Assembly (NCBI RefSeq): GCF_018977255.1
Contig: NW_024704742.1
Location: 128,900,001 to 128,964,000, forward strand
Length of the DNA: 64,000 bases
Direction of reading: 5' to 3'
Source: Callorhinchus milii
Taxonomy: Eukaryota
Positions 63,852-64,000 of this stretch are shown here, one piece after another; the stretch's first letter is position 1; each line of letters starts with the position of its first letter. The position numbers were made by a program, and so were the translations under genes. The notes beneath the pieces are model-generated. The model searched no databases, was not told where the DNA came from, and saw only the letters and a list, made by a program, of their open reading frames with translations.

Positions 63852-64000
63852 TTGTGTATATATGTCTTCCCTTCGAAGGTTTACGCCAGATCATGTTGTA
63901 CGCCCATAAAGAGGGACTGACGGGTGGGGACTATGTCTTTTTCTACGTGGATGTGTTTGGGGAAAGTCTCAGAGGGAATTCGCAATCGCCCGGAGGGTCC
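63852..64000 (+). CDS. NPR2: NPR2-type receptor, coding exon 2 (runs off the window)
   Basis: Not in the ORF track. Pyrimidine tract and ccccag|TT GTG TAT ATA TGT translate (I)[49 protein letters not shown], matching recalled NPR2 IVYIC...[16 protein letters not shown]. Confidence 0.92.

Overview
Repeat-rich vertebrate genomic DNA. The repeat families (tRNA/Deu SINEs, L2, CR1, shark-type Penelope) suggest a cartilaginous fish, probably a chimaera; this is inferred, not verified. Two natriuretic peptide receptor genes lie head-to-head with ATGs about 31.7 kb apart. On the minus strand is an NPR3-type clearance receptor (coding exons 29552-28898, 20233-20111, 17083-16917; later exons lie left of the window). 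On the plus strand is an NPR2/GC-B-type guanylyl cyclase receptor (exon 1 at 61246-61990; exon 2 from 63852 past the right edge). Almost all other ORFs in the track are repeat or low-complexity translations. The introns and intergenic DNA hold three related SINE architectures sharing an L2-type tail, L2 and CR1 fragments, Penelope remnants with a minimal hammerhead motif, a decayed Helitron with 23-codon repeats, two TA-flanked MITEs and an unclassified poly(A) retroposon. Also present are a 200-bp inverted duplication, an orphan CpG-rich insert with a CCCH motif and divergently oriented CTCF-like motifs. Family assignments come from recalled reference sequences; no searches were run.
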